Positions 29,481-39,210 of a stretch of DNA of 64,000 nucleotides are shown here, piece by piece. The stretch is from Gemmatimonadales bacterium (GTDB lineage Bacteria > Gemmatimonadota > Gemmatimonadetes > Gemmatimonadales > GWC2-71-9). Where the stretch lies: NCBI GenBank assembly GCA_039794085.1, contig JBDIWC010000003.1, positions 64,001 to 128,000 of the forward strand, given 5' to 3'. The position numbers and the translations under genes were made by a program. The notes under the pieces are model-generated. The model saw only the letters and a program-made list of their open reading frames with translations. It ran no database searches and had not been told where the DNA came from. Position 1 is the first letter of the stretch, and every line of letters begins with the position of its first letter.

Positions 29481-31623
29481 CCCACGTTCCCCAATCCAAC
29501 GTCGCCCCCACGTAGACCTGGCGACTCGCCCCCGGTTCAAAGACCCGTCCGCCAAATCCGTTCACCGTGACGGCGCTGATGTACCGCCGGTTGAAGAGAT
29601 TCTCCACGCCCACGAAGGGCCGGCCGGCCAGGCGCCCGGCGCCGAGGGTCCAGGTGGCGCGGAGTCCGGTGACGCCGACTCCCCACGATGCCGCCTGCTG
29701 GGTGTTGCGGTCATCGGCCCAGACGCCGCTCGCCAGGGTCTGGTCGAGGTCGAGGGTCACCGGCCCCAGAGCGGACCGGACGCCGAGCCGCAGTTGATGC
29801 AGCGGGACGCCCGGGAGCCGGTTCCCGTCCAGGGTATCGGTGACGCCGCCGTTCGTCACCCGGAATCGGGTGAACCGGAGATCGCTCAGGGTGTAGGCGC
29901 CCAGCATCGAAAGCCCGGTGAGGGGCCGGACCTGCAGCCCGGCTTCGACGCCCTGATGGCGGGTCCGCCCGGCGTTCTGGAAAAAGGCGCGGCCATCCTG
30001 CTCCCGGGCCTGGATCAGGGCGTCCCGCACGGTGATGCGATAGACGGCGAGGGAGTACTCGGCGACCCGCTGCCGGCCGCGGATGCCCCACTCGACGCTG
30101 ACCGCCCGCTGGGGGCCGAGATTGCGGTTGAGGCCGATGACACCACCGGGGAGGCTCACCAGTTCGGTCGACGTGGGGGACTCGAAGGCCGTGCCGGCGG
30201 TGACCCAGGTGTTGTGCCGGTCATCGAGGGTGATCGTGACGCCCAGAGAGCCGCTCACGTTGGCCATCACCCGCCGGCCACTGTGGTCCTCGCCCCCGGC
30301 GGCGATCCGGTCCCGCACCGTGAACACCAGGCGATCGTATCGGAGCCCCCCGCTCAGCACGACGGGACCGGTCTGCCAGGAGGCGTGGGCAAAGGGTCCG
30401 AGTTCCGACACCGTCTCCCGCTGATCCACCAGGAGGGCGGTGGTGATCTGTCCCCCGTCCGAGCGGAAGTTCCGCCGCTCGTCCCGCATCCGCTGCACAT
30501 CGGCACCGACGGTCAGCGTGCCCCGGTTCCCATCGAACGGAACGGCGGCTTCGGCCCGGGTGCCCAGCACGACCCGGTCGATGGTGTTGAAGGTGCCCTC
30601 CGTGGGACCGGCGGGTGCCGGAGGGGCCGTGGCCAGGGGATTCTCCAGGTCCCTCCATTGCACCCAGGCACCGAGGGAGGTTCGAACACCGCTGCCCGCA
30701 CCACGCCCGGCCACCCCTCCCGGGCGGCCCTCCAGGTGCACCGAGAGTTGGGTCTGGGTGACGTCCTTGTCGGCTCCCCGCGCCACGTTGTTGGGCGCCG
30801 CGGCCGAGGGGGTGGACGCGGCCTCGGCGGCGGTGAGGGCGCCGGGGTTCTTCGCCTCGGGAGCATCCGCCACCGCCACCCGGAAACCGAGTTGCCAGCG
30901 CGAGGTGATGTCGTGGAGGACCCGGGCGGTTACCTGACGCTGGTCTGCACTGCTGTGGTCCCGGAAACCGTCGGTCTCCATCCGGGACACCGCGAGGCTC
31001 GCCACCGTGGCGTCGGAGCGGAAGCCGGACAGGAAGTGCCACTTGCGAGTGGCGAACGTGCCACCCTGGGCCCGGAACGACTGCGTGAACCCCCGCTCCT
31101 CCGGCAACCCGGTGGAGAATTGCAGAACGCCCCCGGCCGCGTTGCCGTAGAGCGCGCTCGAAGCGCCGCGGAGGATCTCGATCCGGTCCACCGACGCGAG
31201 GTCGAGGTTCGACAGTTGGCCCTGTCCGTCCGGCAGGGTCTGGGGCACTCCGTCGAGGACCAGCCGGAGACCTCGCATGCCGAAGCTGGACCGGCTCCCG
31301 AACCCGCGGATCGACAACCGCTGATCGAGAGAGGCGTTGTACCGGTTGGCCACATGCACACCGGGAACATCGGCGAGGGCTTCGTCGAGCCCGAGGGTGG
31401 CACGACCCCGGGTGAGGGCCTCCCGGTTCAGGACCGAGATGGATGCGGGGATCCGGGACAGCGGGGCCGTCTGCCGGGTGACCGTCACCGCGATGTCCGG
31501 AAGCCGGGCGGCCCTCGTGCTGTCGGTGCGGGTGGTATCCTGCTGTCCCCCCGCTGACGCGAGCGGGAGCGCCAAAAGGGAGAGGGCGACACCCAGAACG
31601 GTCGGCAGGGAGTGGGGGGGCAT
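29449..31623 (-). CDS. TonB-dependent receptor
   Basis: Signal peptide; plug motifs LSIRGFG, LDGVP, IEILRGASSALYGNAAGGVL; ENLFNRRY; C-terminal YVGATLDW. Confidence 0.93.
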   Translation of the reverse strand: MPPHSLPTVLGVALSLLALPLASAGGQQDTTRTDSTRAARLPDIAVTVTRQTAPLSRIPASISVLNREALTRGRATLGLDEALADVPGVHVANRYNASLDQRLSIRGFGSRSSFGMRGLRLVLDGVPQTLPDGQGQLSNLDLASVDRIEILRGASSALYGNAAGGVLQFSTGLPEERGFTQSFRAQGGTFATRKWHFLSGFRSDATVASLAVSRMETDGFRDHSSADQRQVTARVLHDITSRWQLGFRVAVADAPEAKNPGALTAAEAASTPSAAAPNNVARGADKDVTQTQLSVHLEGRPGGVAGRGAGSGVRTSLGAWVQWRDLENPLATAPPAPAGPTEGTFNTIDRVVLGTRAEAAVPFDGNRGTLTVGADVQRMRDERRNFRSDGGQITTALLVDQRETVSELGPFAHASWQTGPVVLSGGLRYDRLVFTVRDRIAAGGEDHSGRRVMANVSGSLGVTITLDDRHNTWVTAGTAFESPTSTELVSLPGGVIGLNRNLGPQRAVSVEWGIRGRQRVAEYSLAVYRITVRDALIQAREQDGRAFFQNAGRTRHQGVEAGLQVRPLTGLSMLGAYTLSDLRFTRFRVTNGGVTDTLDGNRLPGVPLHQLRLGVRSALGPVTLDLDQTLASGVWADDRNTQQAASWGVGVTGLRATWTLGAGRLAGRPFVGVENLFNRRYISAVTVNGFGGRVFEPGASRQVYVGATLDWGTWGGEWGVENRE

Positions 31624-31694
31624 GGGGTCGAAAGGTAGCAAGGTTCGAGGGTCGCTTGAATCGGCCCGCCTCGGGGCCTACCTTCCCTCCGCGC

Positions 31695-32777
31695 ATGACT
31701 CATCCCAACCCGCCTCCCGACCCGATGCCCGTTCCTCTTCTGGAGGCGCCCGAGGCCCGTTTCCTTCCCGCCCCCGCCGATGGGGTGATGCCGGAAGGGT
31801 TCTTCGCCACCACCAACCTTCCGACCTGGGTGCGGTTGTCGGAGGGATGGGTCATGCCGATGCATGCGCGCATGGATGGAGTCATCGTGCGGCGCTCGGA
31901 GTCGTTGGTGGTCCTCGAACCTCGGCGGGTGCACCAGGGAGAGCTGGTGGCCATGGGACTCGCCGAAGACGGATCGGAGGGCATCTGGGTCGACACCCAC
32001 GGGTTCCTCCACACGCCCACCCCGGGGCAGGGCTTCCAGTTCATGTCCACCGAGGTAAGCCGGGAGCGCCCGGTGGACTATGCCGACCTCGCCTCACGGC
32101 TCGTTCGGGAGCGGGACACCAGCGGCTTTCTGGTCTGGGTGGTGGGGCCGGCCCTGGTGCACTCCCGGGCGCGAGCCGACTTCGAGTGGTTCATTGCGCA
32201 GGGATTCGTGCAGGCGGTCCTGGCCGGCAACGCGGTGGCGGTGCACGACATCGAGGCGGCCCTCTACGGGACCACCCTGGGAATGCGCGGAACCGGACGG
32301 GCGGCCGAGGGGGGTCATGCCCTCCACATGAGGGCCATCAACCGGATCCGCGCGATCGGCTCCATCGAGGAGGCCGTGCGGAGCGGAGTCGTCACCAGTG
32401 GCATCATGCACTCCCTCGTGACCCACGAGATCCCCTGGGTGCTGGCCGGGTCCATTCGCGACGACGGTCCGCTCCCGGGAGTGGTCACCGACGTTCTTGA
32501 CGCGCAGGACGCCATGCGGCCCTTCACCATCCGCGCCACGGGGGCTCTCTTCATCGCCACGGCCCTCCATGCGATTGCGGTGGGGAACATGCTTCCGGCC
32601 TTTCATCTCCATCGCGGTGTGCCCGAGCCGGTGCTCACCGTCTGCGTGGATCAGACCGAGTTCGTCGTCAGCAAGCTCAAGGATCGGGGCACCCATCAGG
32701 CGGTGGGTGTGGTCACCAACGCCCAGGACTTCATGCACGTTCTTCGACACCACGTGGCGGCATGCAACCCAGCCTGA
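31695..32777 (+). CDS. TIGR00300/LOR-SDH conserved-domain protein (ornithine cyclodeaminase-like)
   Basis: DGVMPEGFFATTNLPT, FQFMSTEVSRE, GPALVH, AGNAVAVHDIE, LAGSIRDDGPLP, LHAIAVGNM, KLKDRG. Confidence 0.8.
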   Translation: MTHPNPPPDPMPVPLLEAPEARFLPAPADGVMPEGFFATTNLPTWVRLSEGWVMPMHARMDGVIVRRSESLVVLEPRRVHQGELVAMGLAEDGSEGIWVDTHGFLHTPTPGQGFQFMSTEVSRERPVDYADLASRLVRERDTSGFLVWVVGPALVHSRARADFEWFIAQGFVQAVLAGNAVAVHDIEAALYGTTLGMRGTGRAAEGGHALHMRAINRIRAIGSIEEAVRSGVVTSGIMHSLVTHEIPWVLAGSIRDDGPLPGVVTDVLDAQDAMRPFTIRATGALFIATALHAIAVGNMLPAFHLHRGVPEPVLTVCVDQTEFVVSKLKDRGTHQAVGVVTNAQDFMHVLRHHVAACNPA

Positions 32778-33154
32778 CGATTTCCGACGTCCCCGGCGAG
32801 GGCGCCGCCTGGGTCCGCATGGCGGCTGAGGTGGGTGCCACCGTCCCCCGGGAGGAGATCGACGGATGCTGGGCCTTCCGCCCGATCCGGCGCGAGGAGC
32901 GGGAGTTCGGAACTGCGGTGATCTCCCGCGTCGACGGGGATCGCCGCCGGATCTACACGGCCCGCTACATCCACGTCATCAAGGGGAAGGAGCGGGGCGG
33001 CTTTTCCTGCGTGGTCGAGGAGGTGGGAAGCGGTCCGCTCGAGGCCCTCGACGAACTCCTGGCGGCGGTCCCCCGGCGGTCCGACGAGGACCCCCCCGCA
33101 CCGGTTCCCCGGGAGCGGTGGTTTCCGGAGCCCGATGCCCAGGCCTCCGAGTAG
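32762..33154 (+). CDS. Hypothetical protein
   Basis: In-operon ORF with protein-like sequence (REFGTAVISR...RRIYTARY); start uncertain. Confidence 0.6.
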   Translation: MQPSLTISDVPGEGAAWVRMAAEVGATVPREEIDGCWAFRPIRREEREFGTAVISRVDGDRRRIYTARYIHVIKGKERGGFSCVVEEVGSGPLEALDELLAAVPRRSDEDPPAPVPRERWFPEPDAQASE

Positions 33155-33617
33155 CCCGGCCGACGAACAGGTCGGACGTTTCGTCCGATACCTGCGCGAG
33201 CGCGGGCTCTCCGTGACCAAACCCCGCCTGGCGGTGGCCCGGGTCCTCTTCTCCTCGGAAGGACACCCCTCCGTGGAAGAGATCCAGGAGGCCCTCCGGG
33301 AGCGTGCTGAGCATGTGGGAACGGCCACCGTGTATCGCGCCCTGGACCTCCTGGTGCAGAGCGGGTTGGCCCTGGAACACGACTTCGGCGAGCCGTTCCG
33401 TCGCTTCGAACCGGCCGGGTCGACGCCCCAGCATGAGCATCTGCTCTGCCAGCGATGCGGGCGGGTCGTGGAGTTCCATCACGACCGGCTGGAACGGATG
33501 CTGCAACTGATCGCCGATGAGCACAACTTCGTCCCACGACGGCATCGCGTCGAAATCCATGGATGGTGCGCCGAGTGCCAGGCCCGCGGCGCCCCGTCCT
33601 CAACCGGCAGGAGATGA
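33135..33617 (+). CDS. Fur-family transcriptional regulator
   Basis: TKPRLAV, HPSVEEI, ATVYRALDLL, HEHLLCQRCG, CAEC. Confidence 0.93.
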   Translation: MPRPPSSPADEQVGRFVRYLRERGLSVTKPRLAVARVLFSSEGHPSVEEIQEALRERAEHVGTATVYRALDLLVQSGLALEHDFGEPFRRFEPAGSTPQHEHLLCQRCGRVVEFHHDRLERMLQLIADEHNFVPRRHRVEIHGWCAECQARGAPSSTGRR

Positions 33618-33625
33618 CCTGATCG

Positions 33626-34351
33626 ATGGACGCACCGAACATTGGACTTGCCATTGCCTTCGTGGGCGGGCTCCTCAGCTTCCTGAGCCCCTGCGTCCTC
33701 CCGCTGGTCCCGTCCTATCTCGGGTTTATCACCGGCATGACGCTGGACGAGATGAAGGGGCGTCGTCGGCTCGCCATGACCCACGCCATTCTGTTCGTCC
33801 TCGGCTTTTCGCTGATCTTCATCCTCCTGGGGGCGAGCGCCACGGCCCTGGGACGCGCGCTCAAGTACTATGAGGTGTGGGTGACCCGGGCCGGCGGCAT
33901 CCTGATCATCCTCTTTGGCCTGTATCTCCTGGGGGCGTTCCGCATCGGATTCCTCGCCCGGGAACAGCGCATGCACATGGAGCGGAAGCCGCTCGGCTAT
34001 CTCGGATCCGTGTTGGTCGGGATTGCCTTCGGGGCGGGCTGGACCCCCTGCATCGGCCCGATCCTCGGCGGCATCCTCGGACTCGCCGCCACCGAAGGGG
34101 ACACCTCGCGGGGCGTCGCGCTGCTCTCCGCCTACTCGGCGGGCCTCGCCGTGCCGTTCCTCGCAGCGGCCTGGGCGGTGGAGTCGTTCCTCGACTGGTT
34201 CCAGAGGTTCCGGCGTTATCTTCCCTGGGTGCAGCGCATCAGCGGGATCCTGCTCCTGCTGGTCGGCATTCTCCTCCTGTCGGGGCAGTTCACCCGGCTG
34301 GCAGGCTGGCTCTCGGGATTCACCCCCGAGTTCCTGCGGCAGTGGCTGTGA
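33626..34351 (+). CDS. ccdA: Cytochrome c biogenesis/thiol-disulfide transporter CcdA
   Basis: SFLSPCVLPLVPSY and WTPCIGPILG; six TMs. Confidence 0.9.
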   Translation: MDAPNIGLAIAFVGGLLSFLSPCVLPLVPSYLGFITGMTLDEMKGRRRLAMTHAILFVLGFSLIFILLGASATALGRALKYYEVWVTRAGGILIILFGLYLLGAFRIGFLAREQRMHMERKPLGYLGSVLVGIAFGAGWTPCIGPILGGILGLAATEGDTSRGVALLSAYSAGLAVPFLAAAWAVESFLDWFQRFRRYLPWVQRISGILLLLVGILLLSGQFTRLAGWLSGFTPEFLRQWL

Positions 34352-34459
34352 GGGTGGGAGACGAGTGAGACGTCTCCAGTAGGTAGATGGCATGACACCG
34401 CCACCGGGGACGCCCATTCCGGGCTTCCCCCCGATGGCCGACAGCACCAGGAGGTACCG

Positions 34460-35305
34460 ATGATGAACCACCGTACTGCTGGCCCGTGGATCGCGATGGC
34501 CGTCCTGATGACGGCCTGCGGCGGCGACCAGCCCGTCACTGACGACACTCTCCCCCGGGACCTCTCGCTGGCGCCTGCGGAGACGGTCTATGTCATGGAC
34601 GACCGGGCCTCGACCGCCGAGCCCGAGCCGACGCCGCCCCCGCCGCCCCCCGTGGCTCGGCTTGCTCCGCGCCGGACACCACCCCCGCCCCCGCCGCCGC
34701 CCCCACCCCCACCGGCGCTGACCCGGAACCTGGCGCCGGCACCACCTCCGGCTCCACCCGCGCCTCCACCACCCCTGTCCCTCGCGCGCGGGACGTCGTT
34801 TCAGGTGCAGACGATGCAGGACACCATCACCTCCCGGAGAAACAAGGCCGGGGAGACGATGACGGTCACCGTGCCCAGCGATGTGAGAGATGCCAGTGGG
34901 GCCGTGGTGATTCCCGCCGGCTCGCGGATGACCCTGGAGATCGTCGAACTGGGGCCCTCGGAGAACAAGGGTGACGACGTGGGCAAGCTCACCCTCCGGC
35001 CGAGCCGGGTGACCATCCGCGGCAAGTCGTACCCGCTCTCCGCCCGGGTGACCAGCGTCGAGTATGAACTGCAGGGTCGCGGTGTCCAGGCCGGCGACGT
35101 GGCGAAGGTCGGCATCGGCGCGGCGGCCGGGGCTGTGCTCGGCAACATCCTCGGGGGAAAGAAGGGCACCGTCGTCGGCGGTGTGGTCGGAGCCGGGGCC
35201 GGCACCGCCGTCGCGGTGCAGGGGGTGGACCGGGACGTCGTGATCCTCCCGGGTGCCCGGATCGATATCACCCTCTCCGATCCCCTCGAGGTTCCGCGGA
35301 ACTGA
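34460..35305 (+). CDS. Proline-rich lipoprotein with C-terminal glycine-zipper/TrbI-like domain
   Basis: Lipobox LMTAC; poly-Pro linker; GAAAGAVLG..LGG, GGVVGAGAGTAVA. Confidence 0.72.
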   Translation: MMNHRTAGPWIAMAVLMTACGGDQPVTDDTLPRDLSLAPAETVYVMDDRASTAEPEPTPPPPPPVARLAPRRTPPPPPPPPPPPPALTRNLAPAPPPAPPAPPPPLSLARGTSFQVQTMQDTITSRRNKAGETMTVTVPSDVRDASGAVVIPAGSRMTLEIVELGPSENKGDDVGKLTLRPSRVTIRGKSYPLSARVTSVEYELQGRGVQAGDVAKVGIGAAAGAVLGNILGGKKGTVVGGVVGAGAGTAVAVQGVDRDVVILPGARIDITLSDPLEVPRN

Positions 35306-35310
35306 CCGGG

Positions 35311-35738
35311 AGAAGTTTGAAGTTTGAAGTGGACGCCGGATCTCAACTGGAGCGGGATCGTCACCCCGGCGGAAGCCGGGGTCCATTTTCCAGAGTGGCG
35401 ATCAGCCTCGATCCACGGGTGAAGCCCGGGGCTCGGCGCCCGCGGCGACGGGTCCTGAAGGATGGTGACTGTTTCGTGGACCGGAATCATCCCGTGAACG
35501 GAGTCATCCCGAGCCGCAAGGCGAGGGATCTGAGGAGGTCGCGGGTGTACTCCCCGCGGGCCAGACTCCGAAGTCAGGACGTGAAGTTGTTGGTTGTCCT
35601 GGTGGCGCCTGGTTGGGGCGGTGTCTTCGTGAGCCCTTGCCTGCCCGACCATGGACCCCGGCGTTCGCCGGGGTGACGCTCCGATGTACCTTCGAGGTCC
35701 CGAACACTTCAAACTTCAAACTTCGAACTTCAAACTTC
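35311..35738. repeat. Composite inverted-repeat element: (GAAGTTT)n + GTCACCCCGGC-type REP ... inverted REP + (CTTCAAA)n, with an internal GTCATCCCGAG REP
   Basis: CGTCACCCCGGCGGAAGCCGGGGTCCAT at about 35339, its inverse at about 35651-35678, GTCATCCCGAGCCGCAAGGCGAGGGATCT at about 35503. Confidence 0.8.
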
Positions 35739-35753
35739 GATTACCTTTCGCGG

Positions 35754-36716
35754 ATGCCGCCCGACTCCGCCACGCCTGTCGGCCTTCGCCTGACCGAACG
35801 CCGGAACCCCCGAACCCAGCACATCGACACCGCGACCCCCCGGGAGATTGTCGATCTCATGTGCGCCGAGGATGCCACGGTCCCCGAACTGGTCCGGGAC
35901 GTGGGTGACGCGATCGCCGCCGCGATCCAGGCCGTCGAGGAGGCGCTTCGGGGCGGGGGTCGGCTGTTCTATCTCGGGGCCGGGACCAGCGGCCGGCTGG
36001 GGGTGCTCGATGCCTCGGAATGCCCCCCGACCTTCGGATCCGATCCGGCGCAGGTGATCGGGATCATCGCCGGGGGACCCGCGGCGCTGGTCCAGTCGAT
36101 GGAGGGCGTGGAGGACGACGAAGGCGCCGCCCGCTCCGCGGTCGAGCACCACCGGATCGGATCCCTCGACGTGCTGGTGGGAATCGCGGCGAGCGGGGTG
36201 ACCCCCTTCGTCCGTGCGGCACTCCTGCAGGCCCGCACCCGCAAGGCGCACACCGTGCTCCTCTGCTGTGCCGCCCCCCCGGAGAACCTGCGGATGGCAT
36301 GCGACGTCGTCATTCTGGTGCCGACCGGACCGGAGGTGATCACCGGATCCACCCGGCTCAAGGCGGGCACCGCCACCAAGCTCGTCCTCAACATGATCTC
36401 CACCGGCGCCATGATCCGGCTGGGAAAGACCTGGGGCAACCTGATGGTGGATCTCCAGGCCCGGAGCGCCAAACTGCGGGACCGGGGGGAGCGCATCCTG
36501 ATCGAGGCCACCGGCATCGACCGCGAATCGGCTCGGGGCGCCATCGACGCGGCCGGTGGCAGCGTGCGCACGGCGATCGTGATGGTGTTGCTCAACCGGT
36601 CCCGCGCGGAGGCCGAGCGGGAACTCCTCCTCCATGACGGCCGCCTCCGCGCGGTCGTCGGCGACCCACCTCCTCCCCCTCCCCCTCCCCCTCCCCCTCC
36701 CCCGGTGCCCTCATGA
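35754..36716 (+). CDS. murQ: N-acetylmuramic acid 6-phosphate etherase
   Basis: TERRNP, GAGTSGRLGVLDASECPPTF, GPEVITGSTRLKAGTATK, NLMVD. Confidence 0.96.
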   Translation: MPPDSATPVGLRLTERRNPRTQHIDTATPREIVDLMCAEDATVPELVRDVGDAIAAAIQAVEEALRGGGRLFYLGAGTSGRLGVLDASECPPTFGSDPAQVIGIIAGGPAALVQSMEGVEDDEGAARSAVEHHRIGSLDVLVGIAASGVTPFVRAALLQARTRKAHTVLLCCAAPPENLRMACDVVILVPTGPEVITGSTRLKAGTATKLVLNMISTGAMIRLGKTWGNLMVDLQARSAKLRDRGERILIEATGIDRESARGAIDAAGGSVRTAIVMVLLNRSRAEAERELLLHDGRLRAVVGDPPPPPPPPPPPPPVPS

Positions 36717-37807
36717 CCGAACGACCCGTCCTCGCGATCGGCCTCATGTCGGGCACCTCGCTCGACGGCATGGATGCCGCCCTGGTGCGCCTCGAGGGCC
36801 CGGCACGCGCGCACCTCCTCGCATTCGAGACCCGGCCCTATGCGTCGGCGGAGCGCGCCCTTCTCGAAAAGTGCCTCCATGACGGGTCCTCGGCCGACTT
36901 CGCCCGCCTGCATGTGCAACTCGGTGTCTGGGCCTGCGAAGCCGTGGACCAGGTGCTGGCCACCGGACGCACCCGGGCCAGCACGTTGGACTTCATCGCC
37001 TTCCCGGGCCAGACTCTCTGGCACGAGCCGGGCCGGGTGAGCTGGCAGCTCGGCGAACCGGCGGTGCTGGCGGAGCGATTCGGGGTGCGGGTCGTGAGCG
37101 GGTTCCGGGCCCGGGATGTGGCGGCGGGAGGGGAGGGGGCTCCCCTCGTGCCGATGGCCGATGTGCTCCTCTTCGGGGCCCCGGATCATGCCCGGATCCT
37201 GCTCAACATCGGGGGGATGGCCAACGTCACCTTCGTGCCGCGCCGGGAGGCCGACCACGGCGTTCTCGCCTTCGACACCGGACCGGGGATGGTGCTGATC
37301 GATGCCTTGGCCCGGCGGCACGACCCGGCCCTTCCCTTCGACCGGGACGGAGCGGTGGCGGCGGCGGGTCGGGTCGATGAGGCCACGGTCACCGCCGTGC
37401 TGGCCGATCCCTGGTTTCACCGATCGCCGCCCAAGAGCACGGGCCGGGAACATTTTGGAGACGGGTTGGTCGGACAGTTGGGGGCCGGGCCCGATGCGGT
37501 GGCCACCGCAGTTGAGATCACGGTCCGGTCGATCGCCGACGCGATTACGCGCTGGCTCCCGGCCGGCTCCGAGATCCTCGTGTCGGGAGGGGGGACGCGG
37601 CATCCGGTGCTGCGGAAACGGTTGGATGAACTTCTGGCGCCCCGTACCGTGCGGGACTTCTCCGACGTCTACTTCTCCGGCGATGCCAAGGAGGCGGTCG
37701 CCTTTGCCCACCTCGGCTATCTCACGGTGCATGGCCAGCCCGGCAACCTCCCCGAGGTCACGGGGGCCCGCGGACCGCGGGTGCTCGGGAGCATCACCCC
37801 GGCGTGA
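36713..37807 (+). CDS. anmK: Anhydro-N-acetylmuramic acid kinase
   Basis: GLMSGTSLDGMD, GGEGAPLVP, LNIGGMAN, FDTGPG, PPKSTGRE, KEAVAFA. Confidence 0.95.
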   Translation: MTERPVLAIGLMSGTSLDGMDAALVRLEGPARAHLLAFETRPYASAERALLEKCLHDGSSADFARLHVQLGVWACEAVDQVLATGRTRASTLDFIAFPGQTLWHEPGRVSWQLGEPAVLAERFGVRVVSGFRARDVAAGGEGAPLVPMADVLLFGAPDHARILLNIGGMANVTFVPRREADHGVLAFDTGPGMVLIDALARRHDPALPFDRDGAVAAAGRVDEATVTAVLADPWFHRSPPKSTGREHFGDGLVGQLGAGPDAVATAVEITVRSIADAITRWLPAGSEILVSGGGTRHPVLRKRLDELLAPRTVRDFSDVYFSGDAKEAVAFAHLGYLTVHGQPGNLPEVTGARGPRVLGSITPA

Positions 37808-39210
37808 ACCCGGCACGACTCGTCCTGCCCGCGGTTCGGTGGGATGACCCCCGGGGAGTGGAGGTGGCTCGGGATGATGCGCTCCGGGCCATCGACGCCG
37901 GGGCGGGGGGAGTGATCCTCTTCGGAGGCAGCACCGAGTCGGTGCCGCGCATGGTGAAGCAACTTCAGGGGGCCGCAGACTGGCCGCTGCTGGTAGCCTC
38001 CGATCTGGAACGGGGGGCGGGGCAGCAGGTGGCCGGATTGACCGAGCTTCCCCCTCCCGGTGCCCTGGGTTGGATCGACGATTCCGAGCTCTCCCGCGAG
38101 GCGGGACGGCGCACGGCCCGCGACGCCCGGTCTGTCGGCATCAACTGGGTTCTCGCCCCGGTGGCGGACCTTGATGCCGAGGCCGACAACCCGATCGTGC
38201 AGAGCCGGGCCTTCGGCGACGATCCCGAGAGGGTGGCGGTGCATGTCCGGGCCTGGATCGAGGGGTGCCAGGAATCGGCGCTCGCTTGTGCCAAGCACTT
38301 TCCCGGCCATGGTCGCACCACCGCGGACAGCCATCTCACCCTGCCGGTGGTGTCCGCGTCGGGCGCCCTGCTCGAGCGGGATCGGATTCCGTTCCGGGCC
38401 GCGGTGCAAGCCGGCGTGTCCGGCATCATGACCGCGCACGTTGCCTATCCCTCTCTTGATCCGACAGGAACGCCCGCCACCTTCTCCGCTCCGATCCTGG
38501 CCGGACTCCGTACCGAGGGGTTCGAGGGGGTCATCGTGACCGATGCCCTGATGATGGAGGGGGCCCGGCAGTCGAAGGGACCCGGAGAGGCCGCCTGCCG
38601 GGCGCTCGCCGCCGGGGTCGATCTCCTCCTCTATCCCGAGGAGCCGCTGGCGGTCATCGCGCGACTGCGGGACCGAGTCTCGGAGGACGAGTCCTTCGCG
38701 GCCCGGGTACGGGAGAGTCTGGCACGATGGGAGACAGCGGCCCGGGCAGCCACGGCGAAACCCGCCCCGGGCGTGGATCTCCCCGGGCTCGATCGTCTCC
38801 TGGCCACGCGCATCCTGTCCGAGGGGCTGATCCGCGGGGACGAACCGGTGCTCCGCTCTCCCGTCGACCTGGTGGTGGTGGATGATGATCAGGAGGGGAC
38901 CTGGCCTCCCTCCTCTCCGCACGTCGTGTCCGAGGCCCTGGGGCGTGCCGGGGTTCCCCTCGGCGAGGGAGGGAGCCGCCTGGTGCTGGTGTTCTCCGAG
39001 CCACGCGCCGGCAAGCGACGGGCCACGCTCGGCCCGCGGGCCCGGGCCGCTCTGGGCGATGCGCTCCCCGGTGCCGATCTCGTGGTGCTTTTCGGGCATC
39101 GGCGCATCGCCGAGGAGATTCAGGGGACGGTGCCCGTTCTGGTGGCCTGGCACCGGCAGCGGCTGATGCAGGAATCGGTGGCGAACTGGATCCGGGATCG
39201 CATCCGGTGA
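37804..39210 (+). CDS. nagZ: GH3 beta-N-acetylglucosaminidase (NagZ-like)
   Basis: DLERG, APVADL, KHFPGHG, DSH, IMTAHV, IVTDAL. Confidence 0.85.
   Translation: MNPARLVLPAVRWDDPRGVEVARDDALRAIDAGAGGVILFGGSTESVPRMVKQLQGAADWPLLVASDLERGAGQQVAGLTELPPPGALGWIDDSELSREAGRRTARDARSVGINWVLAPVADLDAEADNPIVQSRAFGDDPERVAVHVRAWIEGCQESALACAKHFPGHGRTTADSHLTLPVVSASGALLERDRIPFRAAVQAGVSGIMTAHVAYPSLDPTGTPATFSAPILAGLRTEGFEGVIVTDALMMEGARQSKGPGEAACRALAAGVDLLLYPEEPLAVIARLRDRVSEDESFAARVRESLARWETAARAATAKPAPGVDLPGLDRLLATRILSEGLIRGDEPVLRSPVDLVVVDDDQEGTWPPSSPHVVSEALGRAGVPLGEGGSRLVLVFSEPRAGKRRATLGPRARAALGDALPGADLVVLFGHRRIAEEIQGTVPVLVAWHRQRLMQESVANWIRDRIR

Noticed and set aside
29246..29570. ORFs with GYWVLGI repeats
   Set aside because: They are translations of the 7-nt DNA array in several frames, with no coding evidence.
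35306..35753. Autonomous IS element or transposase remnant
   Set aside because: No transposase-like ORF or target-site duplication could be identified.
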